Assembly: GCA_965208615.1 (NCBI GenBank) | Contig: CBDBPB010000002.1 | Span: forward strand, 32,001-96,000 | Source of the DNA: Spirochaetota bacterium | GTDB lineage: Bacteria > Spirochaetota > UBA6919 > CBDBPB01 | DNA: 64,000 bases | Direction of reading: 5' to 3' | Shown here: one piece after another, positions 8,581 to 18,577 of the stretch | How positions within the stretch are numbered: position 1 is the stretch's first letter | Layout of the letters: each line of letters opens with the position of its first letter | Position numbers and translations under genes: made by a program | Notes under the pieces: model-generated | Databases searched by the model: none | Seen by the model: the letters and a program-made list of their open reading frames with translations, nothing else | Told to the model about the DNA's origin: nothing

Positions 8581-9614
8581 GTAAGAAATTAACATTTATC
8601 GATTTGTTTGCTGGTATTGGTGGTTTTAGATTAGGTTTTGAAAAAGCTGGGTATAAATGTGTCTTTTCTTCTGAAAATAATAAGTATTGTCAAGAAACGT
8701 ATTACAATAATTTTAATGAAATACCTTTTGGCGATATTCGTAATTTAAATTCCAGTGATATTCCTGATTTTGATATTCTTTGTGCTGGATTTCCTTGTCA
8801 ACCATTTAGTATTGCTGGAGAAAAAAAAGGATTTGAAGATACAAGGGGAACTTTATTTTTTGAAATTTGTAGAATAATTGATACTAAACAGCCTAAAACG
8901 GTAATATTGGAAAATGTAAAACATTTATATTATCATGATAATAAAAGAACTTTTAAAACAATGTTAAGAATATTAAATGAACTGAATTATAAAGTTAGTT
9001 ACAATATTCTTAATGCTAAAGATTTTGGTGTTCCTCAAAATAGAGAAAGATTGTTTATAATAGCTCAAAAAGATAGTTATTTTGATTTTAACCTTTTACA
9101 AACAAAGAATTCGCTAGTATTGAAAGATTTTTTAGATGTGGATTGTTTCAGTGATTTTTTAAGTGAAGATGAGTATACTTTAATTGATGTACCTGTTAAA
9201 CAAAAATCAGGACTCATTTTTATGGGGTATAGAAATAAAAAGATAAGGCAAATAGGAGTTAGACCTAATACAGAGCATTTATCAAGAGTTCACAAACAAC
9301 CAAATAGAATTTATTCGATAGAAGGAACCCATCCTACTATACCTTCTCAAGAACCTTCAGGAAGATTTTTTATATATTTGCCTAAAATAAACAAAGTTAG
9401 AAGAATGACATTGGATGAATGTTATCATATCATGGGATTTCCAAAAACATTTAAAAAACATCCAATATTGACTGAATGTTATAAACAAATTGGGAATTCA
9501 GTTTGCGTTCCACTGATAGAAGAAATTGCCCTTTCATTAAAGGGAGTAAATTGTAATACAAATGAATCACAAAGAAAAGTTAATGGAAATTTACAACCGC
9601 TCATTTTTAATTGA
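8577..9614 (+). CDS. DNA (cytosine-5)-methyltransferase
   Basis: DLFAGIGG, GFPCQPFS, ENV, PQNRER, YKQIGNSV motifs. Confidence 0.96.
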   Translation: MSKKLTFIDLFAGIGGFRLGFEKAGYKCVFSSENNKYCQETYYNNFNEIPFGDIRNLNSSDIPDFDILCAGFPCQPFSIAGEKKGFEDTRGTLFFEICRIIDTKQPKTVILENVKHLYYHDNKRTFKTMLRILNELNYKVSYNILNAKDFGVPQNRERLFIIAQKDSYFDFNLLQTKNSLVLKDFLDVDCFSDFLSEDEYTLIDVPVKQKSGLIFMGYRNKKIRQIGVRPNTEHLSRVHKQPNRIYSIEGTHPTIPSQEPSGRFFIYLPKINKVRRMTLDECYHIMGFPKTFKKHPILTECYKQIGNSVCVPLIEEIALSLKGVNCNTNESQRKVNGNLQPLIFN

Positions 9615-10662
9615 GGATATTGTTGATGTACCTAAAAAATATATAGAATATGTAAAAATTATTGCTAATAAATCATATAATCAAAAAGGTGTATTTACAG
9701 TATTGCTGACTCTTTTAATCCATAAATTGATCGATTCTAAACAAGATATAAGGTTTCATCAAAGTAATCTGAAAAATGGTTTTTCAGGTAGAAGCATAGA
9801 CACTAAATATATTACTCCTACATTAAAAGCATTAAAATTGCCTTCTATGGCAGAAAGCGGTTGGCTCACAAGATCGTTAGAACAACCTTATCCTTATAAC
9901 TTAAGTTACAATGGCAAAATTAGTAATATACAAGTAAAGGAAGCTTCTCTTAATATAATTGATTTTGTTCAAACTAAAAAAGGTGATAGTTATGAAATAA
10001 CTCGACTTCTATTCTATTATGTTTTGAAGAAAAAGAAAGAGTTTGAAATTATAATAAATCCCTTAAAAGATTCTGATAAATTAACAATTAGCGATATAGT
10101 AAATTGCCTTACTGAATTTTTTACATATAACTATGGTGTTTTTGGAGCTTCAAAACTTCCTGTACTTTCTTTTTACTCAATTTTTCAGATATTAGTAGAT
10201 GAACTTTTTAGATATAAGAATTGTCAATTAAAAGAATTGGGCAGTCATACAGCGTCTGATAAAACATCTCAATCATGTGGAGATATTGAAATAAATAAAA
10301 AGAAGAAATTATTTGAAGCAATAGAAATAAAGTTGAATAAACCTATTGATATGATAATGGTGAGAATTGCCATAGAAAAAGTAATTAAGTTTAATCCAAA
10401 AAGGTATTATATATTCTCATTGTTAGATGTTAAAAAAGATGAAAAAGAAGAAATTGAAAAGTCTATTTATGCTTTTAAGCTTAAACACGGCTGTCAGATA
10501 ATACTTAACGGCACTATACCTACTCTTAAATATTATTTACGTTTAATAAGCTCTTTAAAACTATTCATAGAAATTTTTTCAAAGAAAATTGAAACTGATT
10601 TGGAAATTAAAAAAGAACATAAAGAAAAATGGAATATTTTAGTTAGCAAATATTTTTCATAG
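9562..10662 (+). CDS. Probable type II restriction endonuclease
   Basis: Overlaps the MTase gene; GDIE...AIEIK PD-(D/E)XK-like motif. Confidence 0.75.
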   Translation: MNHKEKLMEIYNRSFLIEDIVDVPKKYIEYVKIIANKSYNQKGVFTVLLTLLIHKLIDSKQDIRFHQSNLKNGFSGRSIDTKYITPTLKALKLPSMAESGWLTRSLEQPYPYNLSYNGKISNIQVKEASLNIIDFVQTKKGDSYEITRLLFYYVLKKKKEFEIIINPLKDSDKLTISDIVNCLTEFFTYNYGVFGASKLPVLSFYSIFQILVDELFRYKNCQLKELGSHTASDKTSQSCGDIEINKKKKLFEAIEIKLNKPIDMIMVRIAIEKVIKFNPKRYYIFSLLDVKKDEKEEIEKSIYAFKLKHGCQIILNGTIPTLKYYLRLISSLKLFIEIFSKKIETDLEIKKEHKEKWNILVSKYFS

Positions 10663-10691
10663 GATTTTATGCACTTTAGGGTATTAATCCG

Positions 10692-10838
10692 AAATTATTT
10701 ATTAGTTTTCAAGTTATTGTATAAAGAATGCCGACCAGATTAGATAATAAGCATAACGGGTATTTATTATGATAAAAAAAGTTTTATTGTTTAATCTGTT
10801 GATTATGGTATTTTTATTTGTACAACTTGATGTATACG
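10692..10838 (+). repeat. 147-bp direct repeat, right copy
   Basis: Matches 7889-8035. Confidence 0.95.
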
Positions 10839-12754
10839 CAAAAAAGACTTTACTATTACCGATAAAAACGAGTTTAGGCCTTTCTAACAGCGATAATCTT
10901 ATTAACCAAAAAGGTATTAGTCAGCTTATAATATCTCATTTATCCCTTTATGGAGTGGATATACTTAGTTATAAACAATCCAAGATCATTGGGGATATGC
11001 TAATAAAAAAAAAGATTAGATATTCCAACCTTAAAAACTATGCTAGATATATTATATCTGGCGAACTCATAAAGTATTTGGAGTATTATGAGCTAAATTT
11101 AGCGGTCTATGATTTTAGTAAAGAAAAGGTTATATTCGAAAAGCATAATAAACTTTTTGTTCCAAATATCAAAGAAGATAACCCGCTTTTCCACCTGCAA
11201 AAAGATAGATTAGTCCTACTACTAAAAAGTATTAATGCGAATAAACTGAATAAAAAAAAGTATTACCTGCTAAAAAGTTATATTAAAAAACTTTCCCAGC
11301 CTAATAGGCTATCTGCTAAGCTAAACAAAAATATTGTAATATATCTTAGGTCTTTGTTAAGGTCGAACATTAAAAAGAATAGCAAGAATAAGATTACTGC
11401 CTACATTAACAGCAGTAAAAATCTGCTTATGACAAATTCTGATGTGTTAAACCTTAGCAATCCCCTTATAGATATGTTAATACCCTCTATTAAAATTAAA
11501 ACTAGATCCAAAAGCTGGAAAAGACAAGTTGATATTATGTTTGTAATTGACTTTACTAAAAGTCTTTATGATGAGGTAAAATATCTCAAAAAATCTCTGA
11601 GAGATATTTTAAACAATATTCACAATATAAGACCGGATATAAAACTGAGAATAGGAATAACTACATATAAAGAACTATATAGTAAGCATAAAATAAAGAT
11701 GCTACCCTTAACCGGTGATATAAAAGTCGTAGAAAACTATTTGGATTTTATTTTAAAACAAGGTTCAGAAGTCCAAACTAACGGCATTAGATATGGACTT
11801 TTTTATACTTTAAGTAATGCAAATTGGTTACCATACAAAGATCAGCTAAAAATGGTCTTTGTATTAACAGATAAAACAATTAAGGAAAACCTAGAACAAA
11901 GTATAAAATCTACAATATCCAAATATAGCTTTACTGAGTCTATTAAATTAGCTAATTCCAAAAATATAAAGGTATATACCATTGGATGTAGTGGTATTGA
12001 TAAAAATAGTCAGACTGCATTAACTCGTATATCTAGGTTAACTAAGGGGGATTACTTTAATCTTGAATACTACTTTTCTGCTTATTTGTTAACTTTTCAA
12101 AAAGTTAATTTTATATATAAGGATAAAGAGCTTTTTAAGCCCATAGGCGATATATCTAGTTTGCAGTATCCCGAGCTTATTACTAAAAACACTATTAGCA
12201 AATTTGAAAATATTAGTCTCGGTGATATGGTATACAAAGCAGAGGATACTAAAAATTATTTACTAAAGGAGAAGTATCCAATAAAAGAATCAAGCTTTAA
12301 TAGAGAAAAAGTTAATAACAATTTAATTAATATTGTAATAAAAAAAATAAAAGATAATATTCCTCCCTCACCACCCTATCAGCACTTTACTTTTGTAAGT
12401 GAAAATTATTATTTGCCCGTAAAAATAAGCGGCCTGACCAAAGAAGACTTGAAACTATTAAAATCATGGTCTAAAAATAATAAGGATGTTTATATAGCGG
12501 TTAATGTAGTCCCTACTGCTTTGAGTCAGACTAACTATTTGGAGAATAATCACTTTACAACTAAAACCATTTCTTTTAATATTAATCCATATATAATTAA
12601 AATATTTAGTCCTGATAAAACCAGTATGATACCTAATTTTTTAGTGAAAAAAATATCGGATATAAATAAAACTCCGTATGAATACACAAAAAAAGGTGTG
12701 TCTAAAAAAAAATACTGGTTTCTAAAAGGAAAGATGTTATTATTTACTAAATAA
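10769..12754 (+). CDS. Secreted VWA-domain protein
   Basis: Signal peptide; VDIMFVID.T.S MIDAS-like motif, LRIG.TTY, KVYTIG, LS..T.G.YF. Confidence 0.75.
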   Translation: MIKKVLLFNLLIMVFLFVQLDVYAKKTLLLPIKTSLGLSNSDNLINQKGISQLIISHLSLYGVDILSYKQSKIIGDMLIKKKIRYSNLKNYARYIISGELIKYLEYYELNLAVYDFSKEKVIFEKHNKLFVPNIKEDNPLFHLQKDRLVLLLKSINANKLNKKKYYLLKSYIKKLSQPNRLSAKLNKNIVIYLRSLLRSNIKKNSKNKITAYINSSKNLLMTNSDVLNLSNPLIDMLIPSIKIKTRSKSWKRQVDIMFVIDFTKSLYDEVKYLKKSLRDILNNIHNIRPDIKLRIGITTYKELYSKHKIKMLPLTGDIKVVENYLDFILKQGSEVQTNGIRYGLFYTLSNANWLPYKDQLKMVFVLTDKTIKENLEQSIKSTISKYSFTESIKLANSKNIKVYTIGCSGIDKNSQTALTRISRLTKGDYFNLEYYFSAYLLTFQKVNFIYKDKELFKPIGDISSLQYPELITKNTISKFENISLGDMVYKAEDTKNYLLKEKYPIKESSFNREKVNNNLINIVIKKIKDNIPPSPPYQHFTFVSENYYLPVKISGLTKEDLKLLKSWSKNNKDVYIAVNVVPTALSQTNYLENNHFTTKTISFNINPYIIKIFSPDKTSMIPNFLVKKISDINKTPYEYTKKGVSKKKYWFLKGKMLLFTK

Positions 12755-12948
12755 AAATTATAATTTTACCTAAAAAAAATTAAGATTGTTATATATTATT
12801 ATATTATAGTAATTGTGTTATAATACACTTTGTTTAAGTTAAAGTGTTAGTATTTCAAATATGTTGTGATATAGAACAAAGTTTAGTTCTATTTTTTTAG
12901 ATGTAGCTTTAAATAGTCAGGGCTATCTGCTATAATGCAAATGGATCA

Positions 12949-12977
12949 TTGACAAAAAAAATATAATATATTATTCT
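12949..12977 (+). promoter_or_regulatory. Putative sigma70 promoter for ino1
   Basis: TTGACA-17bp-TATTCT. Confidence 0.55.
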
Positions 12978-13058
12978 TTAGTTAAATAAAGTATAGAATA
13001 AATAATAAAACTTATTATTTAGCTTTTTATCAATATGGGTTAGTATTTTGGAGGATTC

Positions 13059-14207
13059 ATGGCTAAAATTAGAGTTGGACTAGTAGGAGTAGGAAATTGT
13101 GCTTCATCATTGGTGCAAGGCACTTTTTACTATGCAGATCCAAGTGTAGAGATACCTGGTTTAATTACTAAGAATCTTGGTGGTTATTATGCTAGCGATA
13201 TACAATTTGTTTCTGCCTTTGATATTGACTTTCGTAAAGTTGATAAAGATTTAAGTAAAGCTATTTTTGAAAAACCAAACTGTACAAAAGTTTTTAATCC
13301 AAATATACCTAACTTAAGTTGTACTGTTAAAATGGGATATAGATTAGATGGAGTAGCTGATCATCTTACTAAATATCCAGAGGAACATAGAATAAGTCCA
13401 AAAAAAGATATTTATTTTTCTTATAGCGAAGCTAAAAGTGAAATTGTTAAAATATTAAAAGAAACTAATACAGAAATTTTAGTAAACTATTTACCCGTTG
13501 GAAGCGAAAAAGCCGCTCGCTTTTATGCCGAATGTTGTTTAGGCGCTAATATAGCTCTTATTAATGCAATGCCTGTTTTCATATCCCAAATATATGGAGA
13601 CCGATTTAAAGAAGCTGGACTCCCTATTCTTGGAGATGATATTAAATCGCAGGTTGGTGCTACTATTATACACAGAGTACTGGCTAAGCTTTTTGAGGAT
13701 AGAGGAGAGAAAATTAGAAATACATATCAACTTAATGTTGGCGGTAATATGGATTTTCTCAATATGATGGATAGCTCCAGACTAGAAAGTAAAAAAACAA
13801 GTAAAACTAAAGCTGTTACTAGTCAAATAGAAACCGGTATAAGAGATAAAAATGTTTATGTTGGTCCTAGTGATTATGTTCCATGGCTTGATGACAATAA
13901 AATTTGCTTTATAAGAATAGAGGCTGAGCAATATGGTGGTGTACCTATGAATCTTGAGTTAAGGTTATCTGTAGAGGACTCTCCTAATTCTGCTGGTGTT
14001 ATTACTGATGCTATTAGGGCCGCTAAAGTTGCCTTAGAGCGTAATCTTTCTGGTCCTATTATCGAAGCTAGTGCATATTTATTCAAGTCTCCTATTAGGC
14101 AGTTTGACGACTCAACTGCACGTGATATGCTAAAAGATTTTGCTAAGGTTTCGCATAGTGAATCTAAGCCTTATTTAATTAATACTTCAAAGGGTAGTTC
14201 TGCATAA
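13059..14207 (+). CDS. ino1: Myo-inositol-1-phosphate synthase
   Basis: GVGNCASSLVQG, YLPVGS, GDDIKSQVGAT, YQLNVGGN.DF.NM, DSPNSAG motifs. Confidence 0.96.
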   Translation: MAKIRVGLVGVGNCASSLVQGTFYYADPSVEIPGLITKNLGGYYASDIQFVSAFDIDFRKVDKDLSKAIFEKPNCTKVFNPNIPNLSCTVKMGYRLDGVADHLTKYPEEHRISPKKDIYFSYSEAKSEIVKILKETNTEILVNYLPVGSEKAARFYAECCLGANIALINAMPVFISQIYGDRFKEAGLPILGDDIKSQVGATIIHRVLAKLFEDRGEKIRNTYQLNVGGNMDFLNMMDSSRLESKKTSKTKAVTSQIETGIRDKNVYVGPSDYVPWLDDNKICFIRIEAEQYGGVPMNLELRLSVEDSPNSAGVITDAIRAAKVALERNLSGPIIEASAYLFKSPIRQFDDSTARDMLKDFAKVSHSESKPYLINTSKGSSA

Positions 14208-14219
14208 AATAATATATAT

Positions 14220-14253
14220 TCTCTAAAGGGGATTTTTATTAAGCCTTTGGAGA
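14220..14253 (+). terminator. Stem-loop after ino1
   Basis: TCTCTAAAGG...CCTTTGGAGA inverted repeat; no strong T tract. Confidence 0.4.
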
Positions 14254-14431
14254 CTAATATATCCTTATTTTTCATCACACAAATTAATACTTTAATCATA
14301 TATTTTAATATAATTTTTATTATTTAGCTATTTTTTTATGTTAATAAAAAACATTTGACTCTATATTTTTTTAACTTATTTTTATGAGGAAAATAAGCAA
14401 GAATGAATTAAAAGTTATTTAAGAGTGTATT

Positions 14432-15367
14432 ATGAAAAAACGAATTATGGTTGCTGGTGGAGCTGGATTCCTTGGTTCTCATCTTTGTGAAAGACTTTTA
14501 AACAATGGTAATGAAGTTTTATGTGTTGATAACTTTTTTACTGGTAACAAAAGTAATATTGCTCATCTTTTATCAAATGCATACTATGAAGTGATTCGTC
14601 ATGATGTTAACTTTCCTCTTTTTGTTGAGGTGGATGAGATTTATAATCTTGCATGTCCAGCATCTCCGATTCACTATCAGCTTGATCCAGTGCAAACAAC
14701 AAAGACCTCTGTGCATGGATCAATAAATATGTTAGGGTTAGCTAAACGAGTTAAGGCTAAGATTCTTTTAGCGTCAACATCTGAGATATATGGTAATCCT
14801 ATTGTTCATCCTCAAAAGGAGAGCTATTGGGGCAATGTAAACCCCATAGGCCCAAGATCATGTTATGATGAGGGTAAGAGGTGCGCTGAGACTCTATTTT
14901 TTGATTACTATAGGCAACATAAACTAAAAATTAAAGTAGCTCGTATTTTTAATACTTATGGCTCCCATATGCATCCTGATGATGGTCGTGTAGTTAGTAA
15001 CTTTATTATACAAGCACTAAAAAATAATGACATTACAATATATGGCGATGGCAAGCAGACAAGGAGCTTTTGTCATGTGGATGATATGATAGATGCCTTA
15101 ACAAGCCTAATGAGTAGTTCTGATCAGTTTATAGGTCCTGTTAATTTAGGGAATCCTACAGAAATTACTATTTTAGAGTTAGCCCAAAAGGTAATAGAGC
15201 TTATCAATTCTAAATCAAAAATTATACACTTACCCCTACCTCAAGATGATCCAGTAAAGAGAAAGCCTGATATATCCCTAGCTAAAAAAGAACTTAAATG
15301 GCAACCAAAAGTCAATTTAGAAGAGGGGTTAATAAAAACAATCGAGTACTTTGAAAAGATAGTATAG
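14432..15367 (+). CDS. UDP-glucuronate decarboxylase (UDP-xylose synthase)
   Basis: [53 protein letters not shown] motifs. Confidence 0.93.
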   Translation: MKKRIMVAGGAGFLGSHLCERLLNNGNEVLCVDNFFTGNKSNIAHLLSNAYYEVIRHDVNFPLFVEVDEIYNLACPASPIHYQLDPVQTTKTSVHGSINMLGLAKRVKAKILLASTSEIYGNPIVHPQKESYWGNVNPIGPRSCYDEGKRCAETLFFDYYRQHKLKIKVARIFNTYGSHMHPDDGRVVSNFIIQALKNNDITIYGDGKQTRSFCHVDDMIDALTSLMSSSDQFIGPVNLGNPTEITILELAQKVIELINSKSKIIHLPLPQDDPVKRKPDISLAKKELKWQPKVNLEEGLIKTIEYFEKIV

Positions 15368-15377
15368 GATATTTATA

Positions 15378-16079
15378 GTGAATAATAAGCTACTTTCTGT
15401 TATTATCCCTGTGTATAACGAAAAAGATACAATTAATAAACTTGTTGATAGGGTATTGGCTGTAAACACAATAGATAAAGAAATTATAATAATTGATGAC
15501 TATTCCACTGATGGAACAAGGGATGTCTTAGACAAAGAAATAAAAGCAAAAGTATCAAAGGTAATTTATCAGCCCAAAAATATGGGAAAAGGTGCTGCCC
15601 TTAAAGTTGGTATACAACAAGCAACTGGTGATTTTCTAATTATACAAGATGCTGACTTAGAGTATAATCCACAAGAATATCCTATTCTTTTAAAGCCTTT
15701 ATTAGAGAAAGAGGCTGATGTAGTTTATGGTTCAAGGTTTGTAACCGCTTATGAAAGAAGGGTGGTTTATTTTTGGCACTATGTTGGCAATCAATTTCTT
15801 ACTTTATTATCAAACATGTTTACCAACCTTAATTTGACCGATATGGAAACCTGCTATAAGGTATTTCGTAGTGATATAATAAAAAATATAACCATAAAAG
15901 AGAATGGCTTTGGTTTTGAACCAGAAATCACCGCTAAAATAAGCAAAATACCTAATATACATATATATGAGGTTGGTATTTCATATCATGGAAGAACTTA
16001 TAACGAAGGAAAGAAAATCAATTGGAAAGATGGCTTTCGTGCTATATGGTGTATTCTAAAGTATAATTTATTTGACTAA
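15378..16079 (+). CDS. GT2 glycosyltransferase, polyprenol-phosphate (DPM1/GtrB-like)
   Basis: [49 protein letters not shown] motifs. Confidence 0.92.
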   Translation: MNNKLLSVIIPVYNEKDTINKLVDRVLAVNTIDKEIIIIDDYSTDGTRDVLDKEIKAKVSKVIYQPKNMGKGAALKVGIQQATGDFLIIQDADLEYNPQEYPILLKPLLEKEADVVYGSRFVTAYERRVVYFWHYVGNQFLTLLSNMFTNLNLTDMETCYKVFRSDIIKNITIKENGFGFEPEITAKISKIPNIHIYEVGISYHGRTYNEGKKINWKDGFRAIWCILKYNLFD

Positions 16080-16087
16080 TTGGAGTA

Positions 16088-16699
16088 GTGATAGTGTCTA
16101 ATAATAACATAACAAGAGGATATGGTTTATTAGAGGGCTTTTTAGCTAAACAAAGGGCGAATATTGCTAATAAGCTAATAGATAATAGTTATAGAGCTGG
16201 TAAGATCTTAGATATAGGATGTGGTAGTTATCCTTATTTTCTTAATAATACTTTGTTTAGTTTTAAATTTGGTTTAGATAAATTAACTGACGAACACCAT
16301 AATAAGAATAGATATTCAAATATTAACTTTATCAACCATGATCTTGAGCATAATAACCAACTAACTTTGGAAAGTAACAACTTTGATGTAGTTACTATGC
16401 TTGCTGTTTTTGAGCATATTGAACCAGCAAAAATAGTAAGCTTATTAAATGAGATTAACCGTGTGTTAAAGGTAGGTGGTGTTTTTATTATAACTACTCC
16501 TAATATTTTGGCAGATAAACTTTTAAGGATAATGGCTAAACTACGCTTGGTTAGTCCTGTAGAGATTGAAGAACATAAAGATGCATATAACTTTTCTAAA
16601 ATAACCTATCTTTTTGAAAAGAGCAACTTTAACGTAAATAATCTTAAGTTGGGTTATTTTAAAATGTTTTTAAATATTTGGTGCAGTATTAAAAAGTAG
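16088..16699 (+). CDS. Class I SAM-dependent methyltransferase
   Basis: ILDIGCG, FDVV...AVFEH, RVLK.GG...ITTP motifs. Confidence 0.88.
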   Translation: MIVSNNNITRGYGLLEGFLAKQRANIANKLIDNSYRAGKILDIGCGSYPYFLNNTLFSFKFGLDKLTDEHHNKNRYSNINFINHDLEHNNQLTLESNNFDVVTMLAVFEHIEPAKIVSLLNEINRVLKVGGVFIITTPNILADKLLRIMAKLRLVSPVEIEEHKDAYNFSKITYLFEKSNFNVNNLKLGYFKMFLNIWCSIKK

Positions 16700-16788
16700 A
16701 TTTATGTATTATAAATAACTTCTTAATGCAATTAATCCTGATAAATTATAGCTAAAAACTGTGATAAATAGAAATTCTAGGTTATAAA

Positions 16789-18486
16789 ATGTTAATCATA
16801 TTAATTGTTTGGATTTATGCTACGTTCTTACTCTGGTCATTTGGACTGGCTTATCAGAGGATAATCGAAAAGGTATTCTCAGAGCAAAAAGATATATCAC
16901 CATATTTAACCCTGTGGAATGGTATTTTATTTATTACTGTTATATTGTCGGTAATATCTATTTTCTCTAAGATAACTTATGAGTTGTCTTTTGTTTTTTT
17001 GTTGTGTTCTATACTATATATTATATTTGATTTTAGTTATGTTAAAGATAAGTTTAAAAGCATTATACAAAGGTTAAAAGGTATTTCACCTTTTGTTTAT
17101 GTAGTTTTTTTAGTATTTATTATTATTACTTTACACCAAAGTCTACCATCCTTGCTTCAAGGTGATGCTGTTGGATATCATCAGCCAGCGGTTAAGTGGA
17201 TAAATAATTATTCAGTGGTACCTGGGTTAGGTAATTTGCATAATAGACTAGCTTATAACCCCCATTGGTTTTTGTTTTCTGCACTACTTAATTATAACGA
17301 TTATAATTTTCATTTTATAAGTGGATTAATTATGCTATTTGCCATATTTTGGGGGTTAACTGGACTAAATAAGCTATTTCAAAAAAGATTTAATATTACA
17401 AATATAATTAAAGCATTATCACTGCTTCCTATGCTTCTTCTTTTTAGTAATCCTAATGTAAACCACGCTTTCAGTACAGATTTAGCAACTTTTTTTATTG
17501 TCTATTTTATATTATATTATGCAGTTAAATTATTAGTAGAGAAGAAAAAGGATAATAAAGTTTTAATATTTATGCTTGTTAACTTTTCTTTTTTTGTATT
17601 AACAATTAAGCTATCTAGTTTATTTATAGTTATTGCCCCATTGTACTTTTTATATCTTTTTTTAAAGAGGTCTGATATAAAGCTTAAGTCTATTTCTTTT
17701 GTAGCAGTAAGTTTTATTATAATTATAATGCCTTTTTTAATAAGAAATATTATTTTATCAGGATATTTAGTTTTTCCTTTCCCAATGTTAGACTTCTTTA
17801 ATTTTGACTGGAAGATGCCTTATAATGCAGTGGTTGACTTAAAGAATTTTATAGGGCTTTGGGCCAAATGGCAAGGTGGAGGCTATTTGGAAGTAGCTAA
17901 TAATGATTTTTGGTTTTGGTTTATACCATGGATAAAAGTAAACTGGAAAACTCGAGAATTACTTTTATTAGTTATAAGTATTATAACTTATGTTTTTTAT
18001 TTCTTTTTTCACTATAACAGGGCAATAAGCCATTTAAAAAAGTTTAGTATTATTTATTTGACTTTGTTAGTTAATATTAGTGTATGGTTTATTACTGCAC
18101 CTGCTATTAGATTTGCTAGTGGTTATATATTCTTTTTTAGTATATTTTTAATAGCTTTACAAGAGTGGGACTTTATAATTAAAATTAGAGAAAATGTTAA
18201 TACAATACGACTGGCAAAAGTATTATTAATATTAGCACTTTGCGTTTTGTTTTTTCGTATGGATTTTACTAAATTTATAAACATTAAAGACTGGATAACC
18301 TTATCCTCTTATCCAGAGGCAGAGCTAACTACTAAAAAAACAATAGACAATACAATAATTTATGTGCCAGTAAAAGATGAAATCTGTTACAACTCCCCCT
18401 TAACTTGTACGGCATATTTTAATCCTAACTTAGAGATGCGTGGTAAAAGCCTACAAGATGGGTTTAGGATAGCGGATAATAAATAG
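16789..18486 (+). CDS. Polytopic membrane protein, GT-C-like (LIC_10190-like), paralog 1
   Basis: Many TM segments, D...YH loop, PGLGNL..RLA.N, N...SGYL.FP, AP..RF, C-terminal CY..PL.C and RG..L.DGF. Confidence 0.8.
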   Translation: MLIILIVWIYATFLLWSFGLAYQRIIEKVFSEQKDISPYLTLWNGILFITVILSVISIFSKITYELSFVFLLCSILYIIFDFSYVKDKFKSIIQRLKGISPFVYVVFLVFIIITLHQSLPSLLQGDAVGYHQPAVKWINNYSVVPGLGNLHNRLAYNPHWFLFSALLNYNDYNFHFISGLIMLFAIFWGLTGLNKLFQKRFNITNIIKALSLLPMLLLFSNPNVNHAFSTDLATFFIVYFILYYAVKLLVEKKKDNKVLIFMLVNFSFFVLTIKLSSLFIVIAPLYFLYLFLKRSDIKLKSISFVAVSFIIIIMPFLIRNIILSGYLVFPFPMLDFFNFDWKMPYNAVVDLKNFIGLWAKWQGGGYLEVANNDFWFWFIPWIKVNWKTRELLLLVISIITYVFYFFFHYNRAISHLKKFSIIYLTLLVNISVWFITAPAIRFASGYIFFFSIFLIALQEWDFIIKIRENVNTIRLAKVLLILALCVLFFRMDFTKFINIKDWITLSSYPEAELTTKKTIDNTIIYVPVKDEICYNSPLTCTAYFNPNLEMRGKSLQDGFRIADNK

Positions 18487-18487
18487 G

Positions 18488-18544
18488 CTAATCTTTATAT
18501 TGGGATAGTCCAATAACTGCCTGACCAAGGGATACTCCTCTATC
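18488..18544 (-). repeat. Duplicated 3' tail of hypF within the 91-bp inter-paralog spacer (also at 20283 and 22126)
   Basis: 47 bp identical to 23921-23967 plus about 10 diverged bp. Confidence 0.92.
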
Positions 18545-18577
18545 TTAACCTAAATTAAACTTTATTGAGGAGTAAAA

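Larger units (their letters stand above)
8036..10691 (+). mobile_element. IS1595-type transporter element with restriction-modification passenger genes
   Basis: Transposase remnant runs into the MTase start. The element ends ...GGGTATTAATCCG (CGG terminus on the reverse strand) exactly at the duplicated host sequence. Left end is missing. Confidence 0.6.
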
